From Mobula hypostoma (lineage: Eukaryota), in assembly GCF_963921235.1 (NCBI RefSeq), contig NC_086108.1, forward strand, positions 18,538,001 through 18,602,000: a stretch of DNA of 64,000 bases, read 5' to 3'. The translations under genes and the position numbers were made by a program. The notes under the pieces were generated by a model that saw nothing but the letters and a program-made list of their open reading frames with translations, had not been told where the DNA came from and did no database searches. Below, piece by piece: positions 49,400-63,112 of the stretch; the first letter of the stretch is position 1, and every line of letters starts with the position of its first letter.

Positions 49400-49792
49400 G
49401 TAACATAGAAACATAGAAAACCTACAGCACAATACAGGCCCTTTGGCCCACAAAGTTGTGCTGAACATGTCCCTACCTTAGAAATTACTAGGCTTACCTA
49501 TAGCCCTCTACTTTTCTCAGCCCCATGTACCTAGCCAAAAGTCTCTTAAAGACCCTATCATATCTGCCTCCACCACCATTGCTGACAGCCCATTCCATGC
49601 ACTCACCACTCTCTGAGTAAAAAACTTACCCCTGACATCTCCTCTGTACCTACTCCCCAGCATCTTAAACCTGTGTCCTCTTGTGGCAACCATTTCCGCC
49701 CTGGTAAAAAGCCTCTGGCTATCTGCACGATCAATGCCTCTCATCATCTTATACACCTCAATCAGGTCACCTCTCATCCTCCGTCGCTCCAA
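49400..49792 (-). mobile_element. CR1 3' end
   Basis: ORF 49517-49816: LERRRMRGDLIEVYKMMRG...FFTQRVVSAWN; tail at 49400-49420. Confidence 0.88.
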
Positions 49793-50319
49793 GAGTTGTG
49801 GGGAAGAGTGTGACAACCCTGCATATTCATGTGCCTACTCTTGAATGCCACTATTGTGTCTGCTTCCACCACCACCCTTTCCACACATCCACTACTCTGA
49901 CATGTCCTCTTTACAAACTCCCCCTCACCTAAAGCTAGACCCACTCAGATTCAGCATTTTTATTCTGACCCATAACTTTGTCTTTCATGATTTTATAAAC
50001 TTCTATCAGTTCTCCCCTCAGTCTGACATACTAGAGAAAACAAGTTTGTTCAACCTTTCCTTACAGCACATACCTTCAATCCAGGCAACACTCTGCAAAG
50101 CCTACACGTCTTTCCTGTAATGAGGTGACCAGAAATGCACACGATATTCTAAGTGCGGACTAACCAAATATTTATACTACTGCATCTTGATTTCCTGATT
50201 CTTATACTTCATATCCCCAACAATTAAAGTGAGGATTTCATGCTCCTTCTTTACCATTCTATCTACAAACTTTGTACTTTGCTACATTCAGGGAGATATG
50301 GACTTTGACTCCAAGAGCT

Positions 50320-53300
50320 GTAGTGACATTAGTTAAGGATACAAATAGGAGGTTCTGTGGATGAGAACGAGATTCCTGGATGGTATGTTGCCTCCCAGGT
50401 GCCAGGGGAGAGATCGAGGCCACAGCATTCTTAAGTGGAAAGGTGAGTAGCCCAGAGGTCATGTTCCATGTTGGTAGCAATGACATGGGCAGGATGGGTG
50501 ACAAGTTCCTGCAAAGTGAGTTCAGGGAATTAGGTGCTTCACTAAAGGGCATGACCTCCGGGGTTGTGATCTCAGGCTTGCTATCCATGCAATGTGCAAG
50601 GGAGGCCAGAAATAGGATGATTATACATTTTAACATGTGGCTAAGGAGATGGTGCAGGACGGAGGGCTTCGGACTTTTAGATCATTGGGCTCTTTCAAGG
50701 AAAGGTGATACGGGTTTAGAAGGGACAGTTACAACCGAACTGGAGTGGGACGAATATCCTTGCAGGAGGCTTCGCTAATGCTGCACCTCTGTAAGTAAGG
50801 TGATTGGGGGAGGTTAAATTAGAGTTGCAGGGGGATGAGGGAGGGATGGGATCCAGAGTGCCAGAGTAGATAGTAGCGTGATTATGGGGAAAAATAGTGT
50901 TAAGCCTACATGCAAAGTCAGGAATCGAAAAATTGAGCTTAGTGGGACTAATATTCTGAGTTGCATATGTTTCAGTGCAAGGAGCATTATAGGAAAGGTG
51001 AATGAGCTTAGGATGTGGATCAGCATGTGTAATTATGACACTGCTGCTATTAGTGAGACTTGGTTGCCGGAGGGACAGTAGTGGCACCTCAGTGTTCCAG
51101 GTTTCCATTATCTTACATGGGATAGAAAGGGGGAGATTAAAGGAGGAAAGGTGGCATTACTAGTCAGCAAAAATCTCATGGCAGTGCTCAGACAGGACAG
51201 ACTGCAGAGCTTGTCTACTGAAGCTATATAGGTAAAACTGAGGAAAAAGAAAGGGATGATCACGTCAATAGGATTATATTATAGACCACCCAATAGTACA
51301 CAGGATTTAGAGCAGAAAATTTGTAGAGAAATAGCAGATTATTGCAAGAAACATAAGGTTGTGATAGCTGGTGATTTTTACTTTCCACCTATTGACTGGG
51401 ACTCCCATACTGTAAAAGTATTGGATCAGATAAGATTTGTCAAATGTGATCAGGAAAGTTTCCTTAATCAGTACATAGAAGTCCCAACTGGAGAGAGTGC
51501 AATACCAGATCTCCCATTAGGGAGAAAGGACAAGTGACAATGGTTTGTATAGGGGAACATCTTGCCTTTAGAAATCATAATGCCATTAGTTCCAAGATAA
51601 TTATGGAGAAGGATGAGTCTGGTCCTTGGGATGAAATTCTAAATTGGACAAAGGCCAAATTCGATGATATCAGTAAGGATGTGGCAAGTGTGGATTGGGG
51701 CAGGTTGTTTAGTGGCAAAGATGTACTTGGTAAGTGGGGAGGTCTTCAAAAGTGAAAGTTTGTGAATTCTGTGTTTGTATATTCCTGTCTCAATAAAAGG
51801 CAAGGATAACAGGTTTAGTGAACCTTAGTTTTCAAGAAGCATTTGAGGCCCTAGTTAAGAAAATAAAAAGGGGGTGCGTTACAGGTATTAGCAGGAAGTA
51901 GCAAAGAGGTACTTGGGAAGTATAACAAATGCAAAAGAACACTTAGGAAGGAAATTAGGATAACTAAAAAAAGACATGAGATTGGCTCTGGCAGACAAAT
52001 GAAAGAAAATCCCAAGGGTTTCTATATATATACTAAGAGTAAAAGGATAGCGAGGGACAAAATTAGTCTTCTGGAAGATAAGAGTGGTCATCTATACATG
52101 GAGTTGAAAGAGATGGGAGAAATCCTAAATGGATTTTTTGCAACTCTATTTACTTGAGAGACAGATACAGAGTCCATAGAAGTGAGACAAAGCAGCAGCG
52201 AATTTAGAGACTGTACATGGATTACAGAGGAGGAGGTCTTTGCTGTTCTGAAGCAAATTTACCGCTGTACCATTGAAAGCGTACTCACCAACTGCATCTC
52301 AGTGTGGTATGGCAATTGTCCCATATCAGACCGCAAAGCGTGTGGTGAACTGCCCAGCGGATTATACTTCATACTTTATTGTCGCCAAACAACTGGTACT
52401 AGAACGTACAATCACCACAGCGATATTTGATTCTGCGCTTCACACTCCCTGGATTACAAATATTAAATATTAAAATATTAAAAATAGTTAAAATTAGTAA
52501 ATATTAAAATTTTAAATTATAAGTCATAAACAGAAAATAGAACAATGGGAAGTATGGTATTGCAAAAAAAACAGAGAGGCAAGTCCAGATATTTGGAGGG
52601 TACGGCCCAGATCCGGGTCAGGATCCATTCAGCAGTCTTATCTCAGTTGGAAAGAAGCTGTTCCCAAATCTGGCTGTATGAGTCTTCAAGCTCCTGAACC
52701 TTCTCCCGGAGGGAAGAGGGACGAAAAGTGTGTCGGCTGGGTGGGTTGTGTCCTTGATTATCCTGGCAGCACTGCTCCGACAGCTTGCGGTGTAAAGTGA
52801 ATCCATGGACGGAAGATTGGTTTGTGTGATGTGCTGCATTATCGGCACCCAATTGCCCATCATTGAGAACATCTACCATAAACGCTGCCTGGGCAGAGCG
52901 AAAAACATTATCAAGGATGCATCTCACCCTAACCATGGACGTTTTACTCTCCTCCCATCCAGTAGGCGCTACAGGAGCCTCCACTCCCGCACCAGCAGGC
53001 ACAGGAAGAGCTTCTTCCCTGAGGTTGTGACCCTGCTGAACCTCATATCACAGCGCTAAGCGGTATTGCACCCATATTGTACTGTCTCAGTACTTTTGTA
53101 TTTGTGTGCTGTAGCACTTACTTTTTATTCGCAGTTATTTTGTAAATAACACTATTCTTTGCATTTCTGGTTAGATGCTAACTGCATTTCATCGGCTTTG
53201 TATCTGTACTCGGCACAATGACAATAAAGTTGAATCTAATCTAAATTAGGATGCATAAATCCACAGGGCCTGACAAGCTGTTCCCTTTGACAAGGTGTTC

Positions 53301-53765
53301 ACTCAGACCCTGTGAGAGGCAAGTGCAGAAATTGCAGGGGCCCCAGCAGAGATATTTAAAAGATCCTTAGTCACGGTTGAGGTGCCAGAGGGTTGGATGT
53401 TAGTTAATAATAATATTCCATTGTTTAAGAAAGGCTCTAAGAATGAGACAGGAAATTAAAGGCCTGTGACCTGACATTAGTAGTGGGTAGGTTATTGGAA
53501 GGTATTCTAAGGGACCAGATATAAAAGCATTTGGATAGACAAAGACTGATTAGGGGAGTCAATGTGGCTTTGTGTTTGGAAGGTCACATCTAACCAATTT
53601 CATAGAGTGTTTCGAGGAAGTTACAGCAAAGTTTATGAAGGCAAAGCAATGGATATTGGCTGCATGGACTGTAGAATGGTCCCGCATGGGAGGTTGATCA
53701 AGAAGGTTCAAACGCTTTGCATTCAAGATGAGCTAGTAAATTAGATTAGATATTGGCTTTGCCAG
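50320..53765 (+). mobile_element. Decayed CR1 (ORF1 esterase, EN, RT start) split by Rex-like insertions
   Basis: VCCLPGAR, HVGSNDMG (50380-50778); CFSARS, AISETW; YYRPPNS, GDFY; resumes after 53243 with AAATT duplicated at both junctions. Confidence 0.85.
52256..53243. mobile_element. Cluster of Rex1/Babar-like 3' fragments in both orientations
   Basis: + strand YRCTIESVLTNCISVWYG and IIKDASHPNH...RYRSLHSRTSRHRKSFFP; - strand 52365-52840 IIKDTTHP...HTARFGNSFFP. Confidence 0.85.
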
Positions 53766-53767
53766 AG

Positions 53768-56700
53768 AACATAAGACATAGGAGCAGAATTAGGCCACTC
53801 AGCCCATCGAGTCTGCTGATTTAATATCCCTCTCAACCCCATTCTCCCGCCTTCTCCCCATAACCTGACCAACCAAAAACCTGTTAACCTTTGCCTTAAG
53901 TATACTTAATCTACAGCCATCCGTGGCAATGAATTCCACAGATCTACTACCCTCTAGCTAAAGAAATTCCTTCTCATTTCCATTTTAAATAAATGTCCCT
54001 CTGTTCTGAGGCTGTGACCTCAGGTACTATGTTTTAATTAGTTCCCCCCCTCCCCCCCACCATTCTTCTAAACTCCACTAAGTACTGGTCCACAGCCATC
54101 AAACTCTCCTCATATGTTAACCCTTTCATTCCCAAAATAATTCTCGTGTACCTCCTCTGGACTCTCTTCAATGCCAGCACACCTTTTTGTAGATAAGGGA
54201 CTCAAAACTGCTCACAATACTCCAAGTGTGGTCTGACCAATGCCATATAAAGCCTTGGCATTACATCCTTGTTCTTAAATGAATGCTAACATTGCATTTG
54301 CCTTCCTTACTATCGACTCAAACTGCAAGTTATCCTTTAGGGAATCCTGCACAAGGACTTCCAAGTTTCTTTATACATCCGATTTTTGAATTTTCTACCC
54401 ATTAAAAAAAAGTTTACGCTTTCATTCCTTCCACCAAAGTGCATGACCATACGCTTTCGTACACTATATTCCATTTGCCATATCTTTGTCCATTCTCCTA
54501 ATCTGTCCAAATCCTTTGCAGACTCCCTGCTTCCTCAACATTATCTGCCCCTATACCTATCTTTTTATCATCTGCAAATTTGGCCACAAAGCCATGAATT
54601 CTGCTTTCCAAATCATTGACATATAACATGAAAAGAAGTGGTTCCAATACAAACCCTGTGGAACACTACGAGCCACTGGCATCCAACCAGAAAAGGCCCC
54701 CTTTATTCCCACTGATTGCCTCTTGCCAGCCAGTAGGCCAATCTTCTATGTTTGCTAGTATCCTTCCTGTAAAACCACAAACTCTTACCTTGTTAAGCAG
54801 CCACATGTGTGGAACCTTGCCAAAGGCCTTCCGAAAATCAAATAAACAACATTCACTGACTCTCCTTTGTCTATCCTGCCTCTTACTTCCTAAAAGAATT
54901 CCAACAGATTTGTCAGTCAAGATTTCCCCTTTGAGGAATTCAAGCTGACTTTATAACCATATAACCGTACAACAATTACAGCACGGAAACAGGCCATCTT
55001 GGCCCTTCTAGTCCATGCTGAACTCTTACTCTCACCTAGTCCCACCAACCTGCACTCATCCCATAACCCTCCATTCCCTTCCTGTCCATATAGCTGTCCA
55101 ATTTAACTTTAAACGACAACATCGAACCTGCCTCAACCACTTCTGCTGGAAGCTCGTTCCATACAGCTACCACTCTCTGAGTAAAGAAGTTCTCTCTCAT
55201 GTTATCCCTAAACTTTTGCCCTTTAACTCTCAACTCATGTCCTCTTGTTTGAATCTCCCCCACTCTCAATGGATAAAGCCTATCCACGTCAACTCTATCT
55301 ATCCCCCTCATAATTTTAAATACCTCTATCAAGTCCCCCCTCAACCGTCTACTCTCCAAAGAATAAAGAACCAACCTGTTCAACCTTTCTCTGTAACTTA
55401 GGTGACGAAACCCAGGTAATTTTCTAGTAAATCTTCTCTGTACTCTCTCTATTTTGTTTACATCTTTCCTATAATTTGGAGACCAAAACTGTACACAATA
55501 CTCCAAATTTGGCTTCACCAATGCATTACATTACATACCAACTCCTATACTCAATGCTCAGATTTATAAAGGCCAGCATACCAAAAGCTTTCTTCACCAC
55601 CCTATCCACATGAGATTCCGCTTTCAGGGAACTATGCACCATTATTCCTAGATCCCTCTGTTTTACTGCATTCTTCAATGCCCTACCATTTACCATGTAT
55701 GTCCTATTTTGGTTAGTCCTACCAAAATGTAGCACCTCACATTTATCAGCATTAAACTCCATCTATTATCTTTCAGCCCACTCTTCTAACTGGTCTAAAT
55801 CTCTCTGCAAGCTTTAAAAACCTACTTCATTATCCACAACTCCACTTATCTTAGTATTATCTGCATACATACTCATCCAATTTACTACCCCATCATCCAG
55901 ATCATTAATGTATATGACAAACAACATTGGACCCAGCACAGATCCCTGAGGCACACCACTAGACACTGGCCTCCAATCTGACAAATAGTAATCCACCACT
56001 ACTCTCTGACATCTCCCTTCCAGCCACTGCAGAATCTATTTTACTACTTCAATATTAATACCTAATGATTGAACCTTCCTAACTAACCTTCCGTGTGGAA
56101 CCTTGTGAAAGGCGTTACTGAAGTCCATATAGACAACATCCACCACTTTACCCTCGTCAACTTTCCTTGTAACCTCTTCAAAAAATTCAGTAAGATTTGT
56201 CAAACATGACCTTCCATGCACAAATCCATGTTGACTGTTCCTAATCAGACCCTGTCTATCCAGATAATTATATATACCATCTCTAAGAATATATTCCATT
56301 AATTTACCGGCCCCATTGATGTCAAACTCACAGGCCGATAATTGCTAGGTTTACCCTTAGAACCCTTTTTAAACAATGGAACCACGTGAGCAATATGCCA
56401 GTCCTCTGGCACCACCCTATTTCTAATGACATTTGAAATATTTCTGTCAGAGCCCCTGCCATTTCCACACTAACTTCCATCAAGGTCCTAGGGAATATCC
56501 TGTTAGGACCCAGAGACTTATCCACTTTTATATTCCTTAAAAGCATCAGTGCTTCCTCTTCTTCAATCATCATAGTTTCCATAACTTCCCTACCCATTTC
56601 CCTTATCTTCCACAATTCAATATCCTTCTCCTTAGTGAATACCAAATTAAAGAAATTGTTCAGAATCTCCTCCATCTCTTTTGGCTCCACACATAGCTGT

Positions 56701-57527
56701 CCACTCTGATTCTCTAAGGGACCAATTTTATCCCTCAGTATCCTTTTGCTATTAATATAATTGTAGAAACCCTTGGGATTTATTTTCACCCTGCTTGCCA
56801 AAGCAACCTCATATCTTCGTTCAGCTTTTCTAATTTCCTTCTTAAGATTCTTTTTACATTCTTTATATTCCTCGAGCACCTCATTTACTCCATGCTACCT
56901 ATACTTACTGTAGATATCTCTCTTTTTCCGAACCAAGTTTCCAATATCCCTTGAAAACCTCAAACTTTTTAACCTTTCCTTTCAACCTAACAGGAACATA
57001 AATATTCTGTACCCTTAAAATTTCACTTTTAAATGACCTCCATTTCTCTATTACATTCTCCCCATAAAACAAATTGTCCCAATCCACTCCTTCTAAATAC
57101 TTTTGCATCTTCTCAAAGTTAGGCTTTCTCCAATCAAAAATCTCAAGCACCTACTTTATCATACACCTCCAAATACCCCCAAACCTCATCGTTAATAATG
57201 AACTCCACTTCTTCCCGACCACTGTAGTCAGGTTAAAGAGCCTATAACTTCCTTTCTTCTGCATTCCCCCTCCCCTTAAAGAGTGAAATGTCATTTGCGA
57301 TTTTCCAGTCCTCCAGAACCATTCCAGAATCTAATGATTTTCAAAAGATCATTACTAATGTTTCTACAATCTCTTCAGCTACTTCTTTCAGAACCCTGGG
57401 CTGTAGTCCATCTGGTCCATGTGACAACTACCTTCAGACCTTTCAGCTTCCCAGGCACCTTCTTAGAAATTAACACTACACTCACTTCTGCCCCTGACAC
57501 TCTCAAATTTCTTGCATTCTGCTAGTG
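53768..57527 (-). mobile_element. Decayed CR1 containing a younger CR1 (about 54953-57147)
   Basis: Inner ORFs 55036-55521, 55526-55762, 55814-55999 ([12 protein letters not shown]), 56036-56299 and 56328-56879; outer DFRKAFGKVPH and a 3' tail at 53768. Confidence 0.88.
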
Positions 57528-59025
57528 CAGTGATTCCCAGCAGGAGTGGTACCACACCCTCAAGGGGGTAGATATGTGTCCTAAGGGGATGTTAGGGGAA
57601 CTAGAATTTGTCGGGCAGCATTCAAGATTCTTGGGGGGTGTAGTAAGCAGCACCCTAACTTGAGGCACGAAACCTAACGAACCATTAGTAGATCAGGCAC
57701 TTCCAAAAAGAGGATGAAGCACTGGAACACAAAAAAAAAACTTAGGTCTGCAGGTTGTGACCACTCAAAATCACAGCACATCTGAAACTCGACAATCTTA
57801 TCCGACCTTACCAACCAAATGGACATTACGGGGGAGGCATAAATTAGCAACCAGGGTGCCCAACAGCTCCCCTTGACTCACAGCATGGAATGAGTTCATG
57901 CAATTTAACAGTTGGTAAGTTAAGAACACACACTCAACTTTTTCTACAGAACTATGGGAAACAGCTAGTGCAATAGTACAGTGCTGGCTGGAACCAAACA
58001 GTAAAATAGAGCCAATCAGTGAACCTGCCAACTTCAAGGATTCTTCTTGAGGGGTTCAAAGTGACCCTGGCTTCATATGTGCAGTCAAGAACCATCTTTG
58101 GGGAGTATGAGATCTTGTGTATTTGGTGAATCACACTAACTGGAATAGTAAAAAGGCAACTCTATCCTGACTAACATTGAGATTCCAATCTGAATCTTCG
58201 TCAACATAATTTTTGCTGTTGTCATCATCTTCATCTTCGCCTCGTCATTCCTTTGCATGCCACCACCACCATTCCATCTGTGCCAACTCACTGCCATCAT
58301 CCTCATCCCATAGGCAATCCCAGTTTGGGTTAATTTTTAATTTTAATTTAGCCCCGTTAATGATGGATAAAAATGTACTGTGTGATCTCTATGAGTTTGA
58401 AAGCAGTGAAGCCTTGGATTCTAATTCTGCTAAGAAACAGAAACTACAGAAAGAACATCAATACAGTATTACATACCTGCAGTATGGTTTTATTCCATTC
58501 CTGTCAGATCAGCGACACCTCATGTGCCTTATTTGTAATACTGTACTGTCTGATGAAGCCATGAAACCATCAAGATTCCAGGAACATTTCCATCAAAGAC
58601 GCCTTGAAAAGGCTACTTATGCTATTACTCAGTTCCAGAAGATGAAAGTAGCATTTGAAAAGCAATGCACACTCAAGTCATTTGCCAAGAAAGCTAAAAA
58701 TGACTTTGATAGCGGTCTCATTTTCAAAATGGTATTAATGGGTGGAAAATCTCATACAATTGATGAAAGATTAATAATGCCTGCTGTATCAGAAGTGCTC
58801 ACTACTGTTCACAAAATGGATATCAGTGTTTTAAAATCAATTCTCTGAGTAATAACTCTGTGGCTCATCATATTGATGAAATGATTGAAGATATTGAGTA
58901 TCAACTATGTACAGAGCTACAAAAAACAAATTTTGGGATACAACAGGATGAGTCAACTGTGCGAGACATTGGGTATTGTTAATGGCATATGTATAGTTTA
59001 TCAGAAATGGAAAAGCTTATGAAGA

Positions 59026-62000
59026 GATTGGGACATAGATTGGGAGACTGCTTCACTAATCATCTATGCTCTGTCTGCCAGAACAAGTGGGATCTCCCAG
59101 TGGCTACCCATATTAATTCCACTTCCCATTCCCATTCTAATATGTCCATCCATGGCCTCCTCTACTGTCAAGATAAGGCCACATTTACGATGGCGGAACG
59201 ACACCTTATATTCCATTTAGGTAGCCTCCAACTTCTTGACATGAACAGCAATTTCTCAAACTTCCAGTAATGCTCCCCCTTCACCATTTCCCATCCCTTT
59301 GACCCTCTCTCATGTTATCTCCTTACCCATTCATCGCCTCGCCTCCCTCTGGTGCTCCTCCCTCCCGCCCCCCCCTTATTCTTTCTTCCATGGCCTTCTG
59401 TCTCTTTCACCAATCAATTTCCTAGCTCTCTGCTTCATCCCTCCCCCTCCAAGTTTCACCTATCACCTGATCACCTGGCATATCAACTTGAAATTTGATA
59501 GAGAGAAAGTAAAGTCTGATGTAGCAGTATTTCAGTGGAGTAAGGGAAATTACAGTGATATGAAAAAGGAGTTCACCAAAGTAAATTGGAAGGAACTGCT
59601 GGCAGGGATGTCAGCAGAGCAGCAATGGCGTGCATTTCTGGGAAAAATGAGGAAGGTACAGGACATGTGTATTCCAAAAATGAAGAAATACTCAAATGGT
59701 AAAATAGTACAACCATGGCTGACGAGGGAAATCAAAGCTATTGTAAAATCAAAAGAAATGGTGTAGAGCAAAGCAAAACTTAATGGGAAGATAGAGGACT
59801 GGGAAGTTTTTAAAAACCTACAGAGAGCAACTAAAAGAATCACTCGAAGGGAAAAAGTGAAATATGATAGCAAGCTAGCAAACAATATCAAAGTGGATAG
59901 TAAAAGTTTTTTTCAAGTATGTTAAAAATAAAAAAGAAATGAGAGTGGATATGGGACGCTGGAAAATGAATCAGGAGAAATTATAATGGAGGGGGCAAGG
60001 AGATGGCTGAAGAACTAAATAAGTATTTTGCATCAGTTTTCACTGTGGAGGACACTAACAGTATGCCTGATGTTGTAATGTGTGAAGGAAGAGAAGTGGG
60101 TGCAGTTACTGTTACAAGAGAGAAGATGCCAAAAAGCTGAAAGACCTAAAGGTAAATAAGTCACCCAGACCAGAGGAACTGCACACTAGGGTTCTGAAAG
60201 AGGTAGCATTAGAGATTGTGGTGGCATTAGAAATGATCTTTCAAAAATCATTGGACTCTGGCATGGTGCCAGAGGACTGGATAATTGCAAATGTTACTCC
60301 ACTCTTTAAGAAAGGAAGAAGGCAGCAGAAAGGAAATTATAAACCAGTTAGCCTGACCTCAGTGGTTGGGAAGATGTTAGAGCCAATTGTTAAGGATGAG
60401 TTATTGGAGTACTTCGTGACACAGGACAAGATAGTACAAAGTCAGCATGGTTTCCTTCAGGGAAAGTCCTGCCTGATGAACCTGCTGGAATTCTTTGAGG
60501 AGGTTTTAAGTAGGATAGATAAAGGGGATGCAGTGGAATTTGTATATTTGGACTTTCAGTAAGCCTTTGACAAGGTGCCACACATAAGGCTGCTTAACAA
60601 GTGAAGAGCCCATGGTATTTCAGGAAAGTTACTGGTTAGAGCGTTGGTTGATTGGTTGGAGGCAGCACGTTTCTTTTCTGGTTGGCTGCCAGTGACTAGT
60701 GGTGTTCTGCAGGGGTCGGTGTTGGGACCACTTCTTTTTATGCTGAATATAAATGATTTAGATGATGGAATAGATGGCTTTGTTGCCAAGTTTGCAGATG
60801 ATACGAAGATTGACAGAGGGGCAGGTAGTGTTGAGGAAACAGGTAGGATGCAGAAGAACTTAGACAGATTAGAAGAATGGGCAAGAAAGTGGCAAATCAA
60901 ATACAATGTTGGAAAATGCATGGTCATGCACTTTGGTAGTAGAAATAAATGTGCGGACGATATTCTAAATGGGGAGAAAATCCAAAAATCTGAGATACAA
61001 AGGGAGTTGGGTGTAAACTTGCGACTTGAAGGTTAACTTGCAGGTTGAGTCAGTGGTGAGGAAAGCAAATGCCATGTTAGCATTCATTTCAAGAGGTCTG
61101 GAATACTTTATTACTTTACTTTGTTACTTTATTGTAGCCAAACAATTGATACTAGAGTCTACAATCATCACAGTGATATTTGATTCTGCGCTTCGCGCTC
61201 CCTGGAGTACAAATCAATAGTAAATATAATAAGAATTTAAATTATAAATCATAAATAAAAAATAGAAAAGGGAAAGTAAGGTAGTGCAAAAAAACTGAGA
61301 GGCAGGTCTGGATATTTGGAGGGTACGGCCCAGATCCGGCCCAGTTCAGCAGTCTTATCACATTTGGAAAGAAACTGTTCCCAAATCTGGCCATACGAGT
61401 CTTCAAGCTCCTGAGCCTTCTCCAGTAGGGAAGAGGGATGAAAAGTGTATTGGCTGGGTGGGCAAAAGCAAGAGCAAGGATGTGATGATGAAGCTTTATA
61501 AGACACTGGTAAGGACTCATCTTGAGTATTGTAAATAGTTTTGGTCCTCTCATCTTCGAAAAGATGTGCTGGTATTGGAGACAGTCCAGAGGAAGTTCAC
61601 AGTGATGATTCCAGGAATGAAAGGGTTATCATACAAGGAACATTTGATGGCTCTGGGTCTGTACTCACTGGAATTCAGAAGGCTGAGGGGGAGTCATTGA
61701 AATGTTTCGAATGTTGAAAGGCCTAGACAGAATAGATGTGAAAAGGATGCTTCCCATGATAGGAGAGTCTAGGACAAGAGTGCACAGCCTCAGGATAAAG
61801 TGGCGGTCTTTCAAAACAGAGAAGTGGTGCAATTTCTTTAGCCAAAGGGTGGTGAATTTGTGGAATTTATAGCCACATGCAGCTGTGGAGGCCAAGTTGT
61901 TGGGTGTATTTAAGGCAGAGTTTGATAGGTTCTTGATTGGACATGGCATCAAAGGTTATGGGGAGAAGGCTGGGAACTGGGTTGAGGAGGAGAAAAAAAA

Positions 62001-62287
62001 AGGATCAGTCATGATAGAATGGTGGAGCAGACTCAATGGGCCAGATGGCCTAATTCTTCTCCTATGTCTTATGGTCTTATGTTTTATGGCATTTTTCTCT
62101 CTCCCTTACCTCCACCTTTCAAATATACTCCTCAGCTTTTTTTTCTCCAGTCCTGTCAAAGGGTTTCGGTCTGAAACGTCGACTGTAGTTTATTCCATAG
62201 ATGTTGTCTGGTCTGCTGAGTTCCTCTAGCATTTTGTGTGCATTGCTCAGATTTCCAGCATCTGCAGATTTTCTTTTGTTTTTAAGT
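59026..62287 (+). mobile_element. Penelope-like 3' fragment (59026 to about 59475 and about 62090-62287) with 9-bp flanking duplication
   Basis: RLGDCFTNHL...DLPVATHINS...SIHGLLYCQD; hammerhead-like module at 62148-62185; TTATGAAGA at 59017-59025 and 62288-62296. Confidence 0.82.
59478..62086 (+). mobile_element. 5'-truncated CR1 nested in the Penelope fragment; contains a - strand Rex-like tail at about 61105-61462
   Basis: ORFs 60218-60562 (NYKPVSLTS, YLDFQ) and 60644-61036 (QGSVLGP, KFADD); tail at about 62060-62086. Confidence 0.9.
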
Positions 62288-62793
62288 TTATGAAGATATA
62301 CTCCTTTGCAAAAAGTTAAAAACAAGTATCAGTGGAGAATCAATCTACAACGAGCTGAAAATGTATATTGAAGATAAAAGTGTTCCAATTAAGAACATGA
62401 CTTTTCTGCAACAGGTAGAGCACCACATATGACAGGTCACCATGCTGGTTTAGTGGCATTTATGAAAAAAGAAATTCCAAGTCTGTTTACAATTCATTGT
62501 GTAACTCATCATCAATATCTTGCCGCCAAAAACTTCACCAGTGACTTTTTTCAAGCATAACTCCCGTAACATCTGATATCAACAAAATTAGAGCTCATCC
62601 ATTAAATGGCAGAATATTTTCCCAGTTATGCCAAGGTAATGATTAAGACTTTGAATGCTTGCTTCTTCACACTGAAGTGTATTAGCTGTAAAGGAGGAAG
62701 AACAGGATGAGAGCTTGCAAGAAGAAATTATCAAAATTCAGAATGATGAAGAAGCAAAAATGCTTTTTACTATGTCAGTTTTTTGTGATATCG

Positions 62794-63112
62794 ACCATAA
62801 GACTATAAGACATAGGAGTAGAATTAGGCCACTTGGCCCATCAAATCTGCTCCACCATTCATTCATGGCTGATTTTTCCCCTCCTCAGCCCCACTCCACA
62901 GCATTCTCCCTGTAACCTTTGAACAGTGACCAATCAAGAACCTGTGAAGCTCTGCCTTAAATACACCCAATGACCTGGCCTCCACTGCTGCCTCTAGTAA
63001 CAAATTCTACAAATTCACCACCCTCCAGCTAAAGAAATTTCTCTGCATCTCTGTTTTAAATGTACGCCCCTCTATCCTACTGTGCCCTCTTTTCCTAGAC
63101 TCCTCCACATGG
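62794..63112 (-). mobile_element. CR1 3' end
   Basis: cataagactataagacatagg tail; FFSWRVVNL. Confidence 0.75.

Larger units (their letters stand above)
57528..62790 (+). mobile_element. hAT-Charlie/Buster DNA transposon relic (transposase pseudogene at about 58360-59025 and 62288-62790), split by nested retroelements
   Basis: CAGTGATTCCCAG start; BED-finger-like YLQYGF...CLICNTVLSDEAMKPSRFQEHF; degenerate GIQQDEST; IHCVTHHQYL (CxxH); internal deletion. Confidence 0.85.

Noticed and set aside
58213..58848. Domesticated ZBED/SCAND3/FAM200-like host gene
   Set aside because: Stops, frameshifts, nested insertions, degenerate catalytic motifs and a retained TIR indicate a dead transposon
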